Shown: positions 15,927-24,793 of the stretch, piece by piece
Numbering within the stretch: the first letter of the stretch is position 1
Layout: every line of letters starts with the position of its first letter
IMG/VR virus record: IMGVR_UViG_3300032225_000322
Coordinates: 1 to 27,310 of that record
Reading direction: 5' to 3' (one strand)
Source: a virus
Taxonomy: Duplodnaviria; Caudoviricetes
DNA: 27,310 nucleotides
Translations under genes and position numbers: made by a program
The notes under the pieces: generated by a model
Database searches by the model: none
What the model was told of the DNA's origin: nothing
What the model saw: only the letters and a program-made list of their open reading frames with translations

Positions 15927-17966
15927 TTAAGAAGTTGGAAACGCAGCAGTTGGTGGCGTAAAGTTAGCTGTATAACGAGCCACTCCATTGGTAATGCGTA
16001 GTTCATCTATGTAGCCGTAAAAACCTGAGCTTCCATTATCAGAACCAACAAATAGACTTGGTATGTTGTTGCTTGCTAATGCCGTTGTAGATGAAGCCAC
16101 AGCTGTTCCATTAACATAAACTGTGTATGTTGCACCATCTTTAACTAAACACATATGCCACCATGTACCAGCTGCGGGAATTGTAACTACTTGATTTATA
16201 TTGTTAATTGCACCATCACCAACAATCATTTTACCGCCACCTTCATTTGCCCAAACAAAATAAAATTGTCTTGGGTTTCCGCTAACTAATACTTGGGTAA
16301 AAGCATTGGTTGTAAAATTAACCCATCCTTCTATAGTCCAGCTACCAACACCAGGATTAAAGGTTGCTGCTGGGCTTGTTAATAGATAATCTCCGCTACC
16401 GTCAAACGCAATAGAGCCTGTTCCATATTTCTTAACGCTTGTGTTTACTTGTGCATTGCCCACTGTTTGTAAATCGCTTTGCATAGCAAGGTCAGGGATG
16501 CCAGCGTTGGTATATTGAGGCAGTAAAGCAGTGTTGGTTATATTAGCTGGCGGTGCAGTTGGTGGCGTAAAGTTGCTAGTGTATACAACAGAACCAACTA
16601 CTAGTCTGTATCCCGCCATATACCCATAACACGAGTCGTAGTTACTACTAAAGTTGGTGTAAAACCCAATATAGTTTTCTGATCCAGTTTTAGAGTTGTC
16701 ATAATATCCAGTTCCAACGCTAACACCATTTAAATAAGCTACAATATTTCCAGACGACCTTGTAATAGCTACGTGGTACCATTGGTTTATAGGCAAAGCG
16801 CCAGTAAAAGTTTGATTAAAAGGCCATCCAAAACCAGGACTCATAGCCACACCGAGACCATAAGCGCAGTTCATTCCAACGGCAAGTCCAAAGTACCCGT
16901 TATTAGTGCCACCAATATCAATTAAACTTCCGCCACCACCATAAGGGCCGCCAGCTATGGGATAAAACCAAGTCTCAAAAGTAAAATTAGTATTACCGCC
17001 TACTTGGGCAGCGCTGCTGGTAAAGTTTAAATAGCTACTGGCAGAAAAATATGCGCTTCCACCGTTGGTTGTTGTGCTGTACGCAGAGGTTGGGTTGAAA
17101 GGGGACAGGGGTAATACTTGTGGTGTACCGTTTGCTGTAATCGTAAAGTTATTAGAGCTGCTGTCTTTAAAACGGTTTGATTGGCAAGTTAATAGGCTTG
17201 TACCACTTATAGCAGTCAACGGCGTTGTACTTGGTGTAAAGTTACTTGTGTAAACCGCTGTGCCTTTAACAAATCTAATATTTGATATATAGCCAGGGAA
17301 ATTACTAGAATTCCCACTATCGTAGCCATCTGAACCAATCATTGGTCTGTTAGCAGCGCAAATATAATTTCCAGAATCTGAATAAGTTCCAGAAGCAATA
17401 CCATTTATATAAACAGTTGTAGTTCCTGAGTTTTTTACAAGTGCTACATGAGTCCATCCATTAAGAGCTACAGCAACAGAACTTGTTAACACAGCAGAAG
17501 CATATTGCCAAAGTTGCACTTGATTTGACGAATTAAGTCGCATTCTTAATCCAGTTGTAGCTCCTGAGCCACTTGGCAAAGTATCAAATACAAATGGTGT
17601 TCCACCGCCAGTAGTTAAATATACCCATGCTTCTACAGTCCAATTTCCAGTACCCATAGCACAAGCAGTATTTGCGCCCACCGCATATATGTAATTTCCA
17701 GAGCTACCATTAAAGTAATTACTCCAGTTACTACCATAAGGATTAAAGCTACCTTGGGTTAAATTACCATTACGATTTAATGTGATGTTGTTGGTAGAGG
17801 AGTCTGGAAAAGTATTGTTTTGCGCTCCATTAGTACCGTCACCATTAAGCAGTAATGAATTAGCATAAAAATATGGGTCTCTTGGAGTGTATACGGGCCA
17901 ATTAGACGCAGCCTGGGCTTGCATCTGTTGTTGTAAAGTAAAAGAACCTGAGTATTGAGTAGCCAT
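15927..17966 (-). CDS. Concanavalin A-like lectin (LamG) x3 protein, paralog of 13815-15911
   Basis: NWTVEAW, NFTFETW and SWTIEGW domains; linkers shared with the neighbour (LLLNGDGTNGAQNNTF, NAGIPDLAMQ, RITNGxARYT). Confidence 0.9.
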   Translation of the reverse strand: MATQYSGSFTLQQQMQAQAASNWPVYTPRDPYFYANSLLLNGDGTNGAQNNTFPDSSTNNITLNRNGNLTQGSFNPYGSNWSNYFNGSSGNYIYAVGANTACAMGTGNWTVEAWVYLTTGGGTPFVFDTLPSGSGATTGLRMRLNSSNQVQLWQYASAVLTSSVAVALNGWTHVALVKNSGTTTVYINGIASGTYSDSGNYICAANRPMIGSDGYDSGNSSNFPGYISNIRFVKGTAVYTSNFTPSTTPLTAISGTSLLTCQSNRFKDSSSNNFTITANGTPQVLPLSPFNPTSAYSTTTNGGSAYFSASSYLNFTSSAAQVGGNTNFTFETWFYPIAGGPYGGGGSLIDIGGTNNGYFGLAVGMNCAYGLGVAMSPGFGWPFNQTFTGALPINQWYHVAITRSSGNIVAYLNGVSVGTGYYDNSKTGSENYIGFYTNFSSNYDSCYGYMAGYRLVVGSVVYTSNFTPPTAPPANITNTALLPQYTNAGIPDLAMQSDLQTVGNAQVNTSVKKYGTGSIAFDGSGDYLLTSPAATFNPGVGSWTIEGWVNFTTNAFTQVLVSGNPRQFYFVWANEGGGKMIVGDGAINNINQVVTIPAAGTWWHMCLVKDGATYTVYVNGTAVASSTTALASNNIPSLFVGSDNGSSGFYGYIDELRITNGVARYTANFTPPTAAFPTS
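16480..16508. repeat. 29-bp exact direct repeat, copy 2 (copy 1 at 14395-14423)
   Basis: Same 29-mer, in the linker encoding NAGIPDLAMQ between LamG domains 2 and 3. Confidence 0.9.
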
Positions 17967-17968
17967 AA

Positions 17969-18856
17969 TTAGAACGTAATAGACCCAGAAGAGGTAAATG
18001 TATAGACTGTTTGCCCGTTAACTGTGGTTGTTGATGGAGACCCTGTTGTTGAGGCTGCTGGATAAGCACAACGGATAATAACTATGCCAGAACCTCCTGC
18101 TGAACCAGGTGTACTTGATCCATTTGTACCACACCCTGCTCCACCACCACCTCCAGTGTTCGCAGTTCCTGCTGTTGATGTATTAGATATTCCGTTTGAT
18201 GGTCCTGTAGCGCCATCGCCACCACCACCTGCACCGCCCGTTCCTCTTGAACGAGTACTTGTTGCTTGATAACCACCGCCACCACCACCAGCGTAAGTTA
18301 CTGAAGCGCCAGTAATAGAAGAACTTAAACCTGCTCCGCCATTACCAGCCCCAGAGCTAGTTCCATTACTACCAACTGCTCCAGCGCCACCACCACCTGC
18401 ACCAATTCTATCTGGAGCGCCATTATCATTATAGGCGTTACCACCAGCGTAGCCTTGACCAGAAGTTCCAGAACCGCCGTTTGATGCGGTAGACCCAGAT
18501 TCACCACCAGATCCACCACCGCCAGACCCGCCTGAAAGTCCTGTTGGGGTACCATTAGAAGTTAAATTTCCAGCACCGCCACCGCCACCTAACGCTGTTA
18601 TAGTACTAAATACAGAATTGCCGCCATTGGAACCAGAAGCATTACTTGTACCACCTGCACCACCAGCGCCTACAGTAACTGTATATGTTGATCCTTTAGA
18701 TACATTTAAACTGCCAGTTAAAAATCCACCGCCACCGCCACCGCCACCATTACGTGATCCACCACCGCCACCACCAGCAACAACTAAATAGTCAACGGTT
18801 GGTAATAAAGGATTGTAACTAGCGGTTATGAAGCCACCAAGGTAACGCTGAGACAT
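17969..18856 (-). CDS. Glycine-rich virion protein
   Basis: YLVVAGGGGGG...YTVTVGAGG...ANTGGGGGAG...GGSGIVIIR...YTFTSSGSITF, the common phage glycine-rich domain; RBS AAGGA. Confidence 0.88.
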   Translation of the reverse strand: MSQRYLGGFITASYNPLLPTVDYLVVAGGGGGGSRNGGGGGGGGFLTGSLNVSKGSTYTVTVGAGGAGGTSNASGSNGGNSVFSTITALGGGGGAGNLTSNGTPTGLSGGSGGGGSGGESGSTASNGGSGTSGQGYAGGNAYNDNGAPDRIGAGGGGAGAVGSNGTSSGAGNGGAGLSSSITGASVTYAGGGGGGYQATSTRSRGTGGAGGGGDGATGPSNGISNTSTAGTANTGGGGGAGCGTNGSSTPGSAGGSGIVIIRCAYPAASTTGSPSTTTVNGQTVYTFTSSGSITF

Positions 18857-18866
18857 TGCGCTATCC

Positions 18867-19271
18867 TTAAGTTATTGCTTCAAATGTAGCCGTAAACGTT
18901 AAAGCGCTTGCTGTGCTTGATGTTACAGCTACTGATTGAAATTCTGTGATATAGAAGTCGGTAGTTTTATCGGTAATAATTAATGTTGCTCCGGCAGGTA
19001 CAGAAATTTGATATGCAAGATAACTAATAACACTAGCTGAACCAAACGTCCCGTTATTACCAATAGCAACAGTTGCAGTAGCTGCAGTAGCCGTAGTATT
19101 AGCAACAACAATCCCAGTAATTTTGTTTACTGTGCCAGAGGCTGGTGTTAATCCTGTTAGTGTAGATGCGCCGTTATAAGTCCAACTAGTCGTTGCAGTT
19201 GTACCAGAAGGTACTACATAAGCTGTATTACCGTAAATAGAAGTTAGAGCTGCGATATTTGGGTTTGCCAT
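18867..19271 (-). CDS. Small beta-rich virion structural protein
   Basis: 134 aa; MANPNI start, ISVPAGATL motif; S/T-rich; within the tail cluster. Confidence 0.75.
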   Translation of the reverse strand: MANPNIAALTSIYGNTAYVVPSGTTATTSWTYNGASTLTGLTPASGTVNKITGIVVANTTATAATATVAIGNNGTFGSASVISYLAYQISVPAGATLIITDKTTDFYITEFQSVAVTSSTASALTFTATFEAIT

Positions 19272-19272
19272 T

Positions 19273-20433
19273 TTAGAATCCTAGTGTCATTGCGTATGCG
19301 ATTGCTTGGGCTTTAGTTGCTCCGCCAGAAGGTGTTTGCCATGTTGGAAGTGTACCGGCTCCACCAGAAGTTAATACTTGCCCAGATGAACCAAGGCTAG
19401 ATACTTGTTGCAAAGCACCAGTAGATGTAGTGCCACCAGCAACAATTGCGTATGGTATAGTAGAAGTTATCCCAGTTCCGCCAGCAGTAACAGGCAAAGT
19501 ACCTGCAGTTAAAGCTGTTGAGGATGTAGAATATATAGCGTTATTAGCGGCTGCAAAAGAAACTAGCCCTGTACCACCATAAGTAGGTCCTATAACAGTA
19601 CCGTTCCATACAGCATTACTAATTGCTGCGTTGTTAAAAGTAGCTGTGGTGTTGTTAAAATCGTACGATCCTGGTAGGAAAGAATAGATACCAAATGAGC
19701 CTGCAGAAGTAGAAATGTTTGTTGCGCCTAACTGAGTAACACCACCAGAAGGAATGGTTTCAATTGTTGCGCCGGCATTGTTTGTAATTGTTAAAAGGCC
19801 AGAAGAGTTGTTTACAAACAAAAAACTTTGTCCAAGCTGCAATGTCGTAGCATCGGGCATTTGAAAAGTATGTGTAGTAGACCCTACTAATATTTGATTT
19901 CTTGTTGAAGCTACAGTTAGGACCGTTGTGCCAGCCGAAGCTGTTGTTGCAGTAAAACCCGCTACGTAGTTATTAAAAACTATATTTTGGTTTGCATCAC
20001 GCAACACCACTGAGCTTGCGCCACTAGAAGCAGTTACGCCAGTACCACCATAAGCTACAGGAATAGTACTGCCATTCCAAGACCCTGATGTGACTGTGCC
20101 AAGAGTTGTTACATTACCAGATGCATCTAAATTAACTGACTTTGAAGCAGGATAAGTAACAAATACGTTGACAGTGCCACTAAAAGTAACTGCAGAACCC
20201 GAATTACTAGACGATACAATCGTAGTGCGAGTTAGCGTTGGTCCTGTTGTAGAGTACGTGCCGATACCAACTTCCCAATTACCAGAAGCATCGGTTGCCG
20301 AATAAAAAGTAGTATTGCCATTACCAACAACGGCAAAAGACTGAAACCCTGCAACAGATCCAGTAAGCGTAAAACTTACGGTGGTGTTAGCAGTGCCAGT
20401 CTGTTGGACACGATCATAAACAACAAGAGCCAT
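19273..20433 (-). CDS. Tail fibre/appendage protein
   Basis: MALVVYDRVQQT...WEVGIGT N-terminal domain; VAYGGTG, PTYGGTG and VTAGGTG fibre repeats; C-terminal KAQAIAYAMTLG; RBS AAGGAG. Confidence 0.8.
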   Translation of the reverse strand: MALVVYDRVQQTGTANTTVSFTLTGSVAGFQSFAVVGNGNTTFYSATDASGNWEVGIGTYSTTGPTLTRTTIVSSSNSGSAVTFSGTVNVFVTYPASKSVNLDASGNVTTLGTVTSGSWNGSTIPVAYGGTGVTASSGASSVVLRDANQNIVFNNYVAGFTATTASAGTTVLTVASTRNQILVGSTTHTFQMPDATTLQLGQSFLFVNNSSGLLTITNNAGATIETIPSGGVTQLGATNISTSAGSFGIYSFLPGSYDFNNTTATFNNAAISNAVWNGTVIGPTYGGTGLVSFAAANNAIYSTSSTALTAGTLPVTAGGTGITSTIPYAIVAGGTTSTGALQQVSSLGSSGQVLTSGGAGTLPTWQTPSGGATKAQAIAYAMTLGF

Positions 20434-20443
20434 TTAGGACTCC

Positions 20444-21055
20444 TTAGCTAGTAGCAGTTGTGGAGTATGTAACGCTTACTGTATCGCCAGCTGTAGTAGA
20501 CTTTGGAGAGCCAAATGCGCCGGCACTATATAACGTTCCACTAGTGTTACTTTGAGCAGAAGATGCGCCTGAGCCTGTAACTAAGAAACACCCAGTCACG
20601 TTACCACCAGAACTAGTAATAGTATAAGTAATGGCTGTTGCAGTTGAAGTTACTATGTTAGAAGGCGAAGCAGTTCCGTTATCTGTTGCTGCAGCAAATA
20701 CGGCTGTACCACGAACTGCGGAACCACCAACAGTATAGTTAGTAAATTCAGTCCAGCCAGCGTGTGAAGTCATTGTATCTGTTGCGCTGAATGTCGGGCT
20801 TGTAGTACCAATCAAACCTAAGAACGGGCCTGTAGTTGTGTAAGTACCAGAAGTACGCAACAAAGTATTAAGCATCAGCTGTTTGCCAACTGCGTTAACT
20901 AGGTTAGGGAAAGATTCTGTCCACTTGACGTTGCCATCAGCATCACGACACTCAACATGGTAAACGCCTTCAACGCCAACAGTTTCACCCGTAGCGGCTT
21001 GGGCTTGCAATGTAGCGATTGCGCTATCGCCTGATCCTGCTAATTCTTTAAACAT
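20444..21055 (-). CDS. Virion structural protein (beta-rich)
   Basis: 203 aa; YHVECRDADGNVKW, NLVNAVGK, HAGWTE and GTLYSAG; RBS AAGGAG. Confidence 0.75.
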   Translation of the reverse strand: MFKELAGSGDSAIATLQAQAATGETVGVEGVYHVECRDADGNVKWTESFPNLVNAVGKQLMLNTLLRTSGTYTTTGPFLGLIGTTSPTFSATDTMTSHAGWTEFTNYTVGGSAVRGTAVFAAATDNGTASPSNIVTSTATAITYTITSSGGNVTGCFLVTGSGASSAQSNTSGTLYSAGAFGSPKSTTAGDTVSVTYSTTATS

Positions 21056-21064
21056 AAAAACTCC

Positions 21065-21490
21065 TTAGTTGGAAAAACGAATGATAGCGTTTGAAGCATC
21101 GTCCGTAGGAAAAGTTATTGTAAAACTCGATGTCGGGGTTTTATCAGCCCCAAAATTCAGTACTGCAACCGCTGCGTTTGTGGTGCTATTATATATTAAA
21201 GCGCCTCTAGTGGTAAAGTTTGCTGGGTTCCAGGTCACGTTATTAAACGACAGATAAGCGGTGTATTCAGAGCTAGTCGGCGGAATAACCGTTAGGATTT
21301 TACCCCCTGCCGTGTACCCCGTACCTACCACTTCCCCCACAGTTGTATAGGCTAGCGTTGTGTTATTTAAGTTGGCGTTGGCTGTATATAGGGCTATTTT
21401 ATAGGTATAAGGGGTTCCAACCGCAAAGTTCTCTAAAGCACTTAGACAGTTTTGTTTGAATATGGTGCACTGACCTTGGACTATGCTCAT
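21065..21490 (-). CDS. Virion structural protein
   Basis: 141 aa; YKIALYT, EVVGTGYTAGG, RGALIYN and VLNFGADK motifs common in phage tail clusters. Confidence 0.78.
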   Translation of the reverse strand: MSIVQGQCTIFKQNCLSALENFAVGTPYTYKIALYTANANLNNTTLAYTTVGEVVGTGYTAGGKILTVIPPTSSEYTAYLSFNNVTWNPANFTTRGALIYNSTTNAAVAVLNFGADKTPTSSFTITFPTDDASNAIIRFSN

Positions 21491-22425
21491 GGGTTAACCT
21501 GAATTTTAGCTTGGCCATTCCTGTATGCGTCACCCCGCTCCAGACCAGTTCCAAGGCGATTTAACTGCTGCATGGCTTCTTGGTACTTAGTTTCGTAGTA
21601 GCCAATCAAATCTTGTTCGCCCTTCATAAACAGCATAGCCTCACGCATAGCGCCATAGAAAAGCACGGGGTCGTAGTTATCCCCAAGCCAGCTTGTACCA
21701 GAAGCGTTTGATATTCCTGTTACAGGCACAGAAAACGGTGTGGTATTGGACCCTAATGAAGAGCAAGATAATACATCGCCAACAACATAGAAATTGCCAC
21801 CAAACTTTAAACTTATTGTAGTAACCACTCCGCCTACAACCACAATGTCTGCTGTAGCGTTTGCCCCTGAACCGCCCGTTAAGGTTACATTTTGGTAAAC
21901 ACCATTAACATACCCAGCTCCGCCGGTTATAGTTCCTAAGGTAGTAATCTGACCTTGCACAATGGTCGGCGGGTAGTAGTAATAATGCATCTCTAACTTG
22001 TAGTTAGCGTCTGGTGTAGGGGCTACCATTAATGTCAATTCGTTAACGTTAGATAGCTGGGAGCCAAATAATGCGTAATATGCTGGAGTTCCCCCAGGAG
22101 TGCCTTGATATGTACCGCTGGTATTTGTAACGGCTGGATACGCTTCACGTAAAAAATTAACGTCTTTGTTTAAAAGATACCTATACTTATTGTTGGCATC
22201 AATTACTGCTAAAGAATAATTAGAAAGCCAATCATCGGGTAGAGAAACGTATTGATTACCAGAAGTAAGATTGCCGGTTACGTTTTTACGCAAAGAAGGT
22301 AGTTGAACCGAGTTATATATACGATCTTCAGCCTCCTGCACAAAGACAGGGATATTCGCCACAAACAATACTTCTGTGTTTTCGGTATAGGCTTGGATCG
22401 AGTTATATAATGTTTCGTAATTCAT
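21487..22425 (-). CDS. Head-tail adaptor / tail tubular protein A-like
   Basis: 312 aa; MNYETL...FVQEAEDRIY...LRKN, PAYYA, APTPDANY, SWLGDNYDPVLFYG and YQEAM...GDAYRNG pattern; beta-rich insertion at about 21705-21960. Confidence 0.7.
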   Translation of the reverse strand: MNYETLYNSIQAYTENTEVLFVANIPVFVQEAEDRIYNSVQLPSLRKNVTGNLTSGNQYVSLPDDWLSNYSLAVIDANNKYRYLLNKDVNFLREAYPAVTNTSGTYQGTPGGTPAYYALFGSQLSNVNELTLMVAPTPDANYKLEMHYYYYPPTIVQGQITTLGTITGGAGYVNGVYQNVTLTGGSGANATADIVVVGGVVTTISLKFGGNFYVVGDVLSCSSLGSNTTPFSVPVTGISNASGTSWLGDNYDPVLFYGAMREAMLFMKGEQDLIGYYETKYQEAMQQLNRLGTGLERGDAYRNGQAKIQVNP

Positions 22426-22607
22426 TATTCTGTTTCTGACTCAGCTTCTTTTGGTGGTGGCACTTGTGTCTGTACTTGAGCTTGAATTTTTAACATTAAG
22501 CCATAAGCTCCACATTTAGTAGGTAATTCCCCAAGCCCAGCTAAAATGCCCTCTACTTCATTTAGCGTCAAATCTAGGTTAATTGGAGTTTTTGGATCTA
22601 TACTCAT
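22425..22607 (-). CDS. Hypothetical protein
   Basis: 60 aa; coupled at both ends (ATGA, TAATG); LDLTLNEVEGILAGLGELP helix. Confidence 0.75.
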   Translation of the reverse strand: MSIDPKTPINLDLTLNEVEGILAGLGELPTKCGAYGLMLKIQAQVQTQVPPPKEAESETE

Positions 22608-22867
22608 GCCATTGGTCCTCGTGATGTAAAGCCTTTAGTTGCAGCGCCAGCGCCACGTTGTTTAATACCAGAAGATTTAACTTCATCATTTTGGCTTTTA
22701 AATACTTGGCTACCAACAGATATCTTAATTGCATCTACGCTGTTGCCGGATTTAGTAACGCTATCTTTAGTTGTAGTCATACTCTTGCCGTCCATAGTGT
22801 GGGGCGCAGCATACACATCAGCAGAACCTACTTCTTTCCCGCCTTGTTTCATAGAAAATTTAGCCAT
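22604..22867 (-). CDS. Small basic protein (putative internal/core)
   Basis: 87 aa; MKQGG and RGAGAATKG motifs; RBS GAGG. Confidence 0.75.
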   Translation of the reverse strand: MAKFSMKQGGKEVGSADVYAAPHTMDGKSMTTTKDSVTKSGNSVDAIKISVGSQVFKSQNDEVKSSGIKQRGAGAATKGFTSRGPMA

Positions 22868-22869
22868 GA

Positions 22870-23058
22870 TTATCTACCTCTTTGAGCAGCACATTTAGCT
22901 AAGTTACGGCCCATAGACTTCATATTAGCGTTAGTTTTACCAACGGTGTTTTTAATTGGACCGTTCATGGTTTTCACTGTAGGACCTGAATCGCCTAAGT
23001 TTCTACCTTTTGTTTTGCCTTTGGTTTCAATACCATTAGCGCCTTTTTTAAATGTCAT
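22870..23058 (-). CDS. Small basic protein
   Basis: 62 aa; ANGIETKGKTKG and MKSMGRNLAK; RBS AGGAG. Confidence 0.75.
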   Translation of the reverse strand: MTFKKGANGIETKGKTKGRNLGDSGPTVKTMNGPIKNTVGKTNANMKSMGRNLAKCAAQRGR

Positions 23059-23067
23059 AATTGACTC

Positions 23068-23496
23068 CTAGTTAACTGTTAGTGTTACTGTACCTACTTG
23101 TCCTATTGCAATCAAGTAATTCGGTGTTAATGCCGTATCAAATTGACTTGCTCCACCCACCGGGGTCCAGCCCCACTGAATCTGTCTACTACCGTCTGCA
23201 ACATACCCCGACTCGTCCATAGAGGTATTGTTCCCATCTTCTGTCTGCAAACCTGTTAGACCTGAAGAATAATAACTTGTATCTGGTCTTGGTTCCCGTA
23301 TAGCTTGGGGGTCTGAAACTGGGTACATACCTAACTGCAACTGCGGCTGATCTGGATCCCAACAAGTAGGGCAGACCTTAATATTATAAAGCTTTGTCTT
23401 TAATACTTGCTTCTTTAATTCCTTAAGCTTGTAGCGCTGACCACACCGGTCGCATTCTGCAATTGCCCATTTACCTGATGCATACTTTTCTGGCAT
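23068..23496 (-). CDS. CxxC...CxxC (zinc-ribbon-like) protein in the head/neck module
   Basis: CDRC and CPTC pairs, followed by DQPQL and PRPD; RBS AAGGTG. Confidence 0.78.
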   Translation of the reverse strand: MPEKYASGKWAIAECDRCGQRYKLKELKKQVLKTKLYNIKVCPTCWDPDQPQLQLGMYPVSDPQAIREPRPDTSYYSSGLTGLQTEDGNNTSMDESGYVADGSRQIQWGWTPVGGASQFDTALTPNYLIAIGQVGTVTLTVN

Positions 23497-23504
23497 ACGT
23501 CACC

Positions 23505-24428
23505 TTAATAGAACAATTGGCGTGGGACATACCTATCCGCAGCTTTATCTCTATCCTCTTGTGAAGCTAATAACCATTGTTGTTCGTACTCTGCCTTAAG
23601 TCCTACAACTCTTTGCGGGTCTACTTCTGGCTTTTTCATAGCAATTAAATACGCAAGCCCAGCAACCATACAAGGTATCAGGCGGAACGGAATATCTTGA
23701 ACATTAACACCATCGCCAGCATCTTGCAACCTGCGCATACGCCAGTAAATAAATGTATAAGGGCCACCACCATCGCCTGTAGGCCAAACATTAACGTTAG
23801 GTAAGTTCAGAACAGTGATAGCTTCGGTAGTTGTATGTGCGGCTGCGGTTGTACCATTCTGGGCACGGAAGCAATTTAAAAGCTGTTTAGCTGCAGTATC
23901 TACGTTTTGGTAAGAAATAATCTCAGTACCAATCTGAATGAAACCTGTTGTGCCCAGCTCTGCTACAGAAGTTAAAGTTAATGTGGTTGCTGTAGAGCTA
24001 ACGTTTGCAGCTAGCTTAGCAGTAATAGTGTTTTGCTGACCTGTCTGGCGGTTAATCCAAACCTGAATGGGTCGACCGTTTGCATTCTTAGTCGGTATCG
24101 TAGAATAAGTAGACTCAGAAATACGGCTGATATTAATATCAACTTGGGTTTGGTTTGAACCAGTACGGATAACTTGGTCTAAAAGGTCAATAGTATCTAC
24201 AGGCAGTGCATACATAGCCTGCCCAGTATTAATAGTAATTTGCCCCTGCTCAATAGTCCACAGGTTAATGCCTCGGTTAGCCCACTCAATTGTTAAGAGG
24301 TTAAGGCTACGACGGGCAGTACGCATATCATATCCAGAGCGCAGCTCTAACCCAGCACGTTCAAATGCTTCCTCAATTAAATCAGTGAGTTCTAGGTTAA
24401 ATGACGCTGATCCAGAAGTATATGACAT
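23505..24428 (-). CDS. Head-tail connector/adaptor-like protein
   Basis: LIEEAFERAG...TARRSLNLLTIEWANRGINLWT...GRPIQVW...WP...PFRLIPCMVAGLAY...EDRDKA; beta-domain insertion at about 23810-24030. Confidence 0.7.
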   Translation of the reverse strand: MSYTSGSASFNLELTDLIEEAFERAGLELRSGYDMRTARRSLNLLTIEWANRGINLWTIEQGQITINTGQAMYALPVDTIDLLDQVIRTGSNQTQVDINISRISESTYSTIPTKNANGRPIQVWINRQTGQQNTITAKLAANVSSTATTLTLTSVAELGTTGFIQIGTEIISYQNVDTAAKQLLNCFRAQNGTTAAAHTTTEAITVLNLPNVNVWPTGDGGGPYTFIYWRMRRLQDAGDGVNVQDIPFRLIPCMVAGLAYLIAMKKPEVDPQRVVGLKAEYEQQWLLASQEDRDKAADRYVPRQLFY

Positions 24429-24793
24429 TATTTTTTCTTCGCTGTTTTAGCTGACTTAATAAAATCCGCTTTGCTAGGCGCACCCTTAGACCCAGGCTTA
24501 CGCATCTTTTCACCAGAGCCAGCCGCAATACGTGCTTGCTTTTTATGGATGTTCTCGTACAAACCGCCCTTGGCGTACATATCCGCCGCAGTTAATGAGC
24601 CTGGTTTAGCTAGTAGTTTTTTAGCCATAGCAGAAGCAGTACCGCCTTTAGTAGTAAAAACAGACGATGGTCCCTTACCTACTTTGCCACCCTTGGCAAA
24701 CTCAGTGAAGTCGGTGTCATCCCTACGCTCTTTCTTTTTAGCCCCGGGCATTTTAGAGGACTTTATATCGCCCATCCCACGAGCGGGTCTCAT
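24428..24793 (-). CDS. Small Lys-rich protein
   Basis: 121 aa; MRPARGMG, FAKGG and YAKGGLYENIH...GEKMRKPGSKGAP; coupled at both ends. Confidence 0.8.
   Translation of the reverse strand: MRPARGMGDIKSSKMPGAKKKERRDDTDFTEFAKGGKVGKGPSSVFTTKGGTASAMAKKLLAKPGSLTAADMYAKGGLYENIHKKQARIAAGSGEKMRKPGSKGAPSKADFIKSAKTAKKK

Noticed and set aside
13815-17966. Diversity-generating retroelement acting on the lectin genes
   Set aside because: No reverse transcriptase in the window and no ~100-bp template/variable repeat pair with adenine-specific mismatches; the paralog differences are general divergence.
8958-18555. Alternate-frame ORFs 8958-9167, 18082-18288 and 18325-18555
   Set aside because: Val/Leu/Gln-rich by-products of Gly/Ala/Thr codon runs; no independent evidence of coding.
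17969-18856. ccacca/ccgcca runs as a microsatellite or CRISPR-like array
   Set aside because: Fully explained by poly-glycine codons; no repeat-spacer periodicity.
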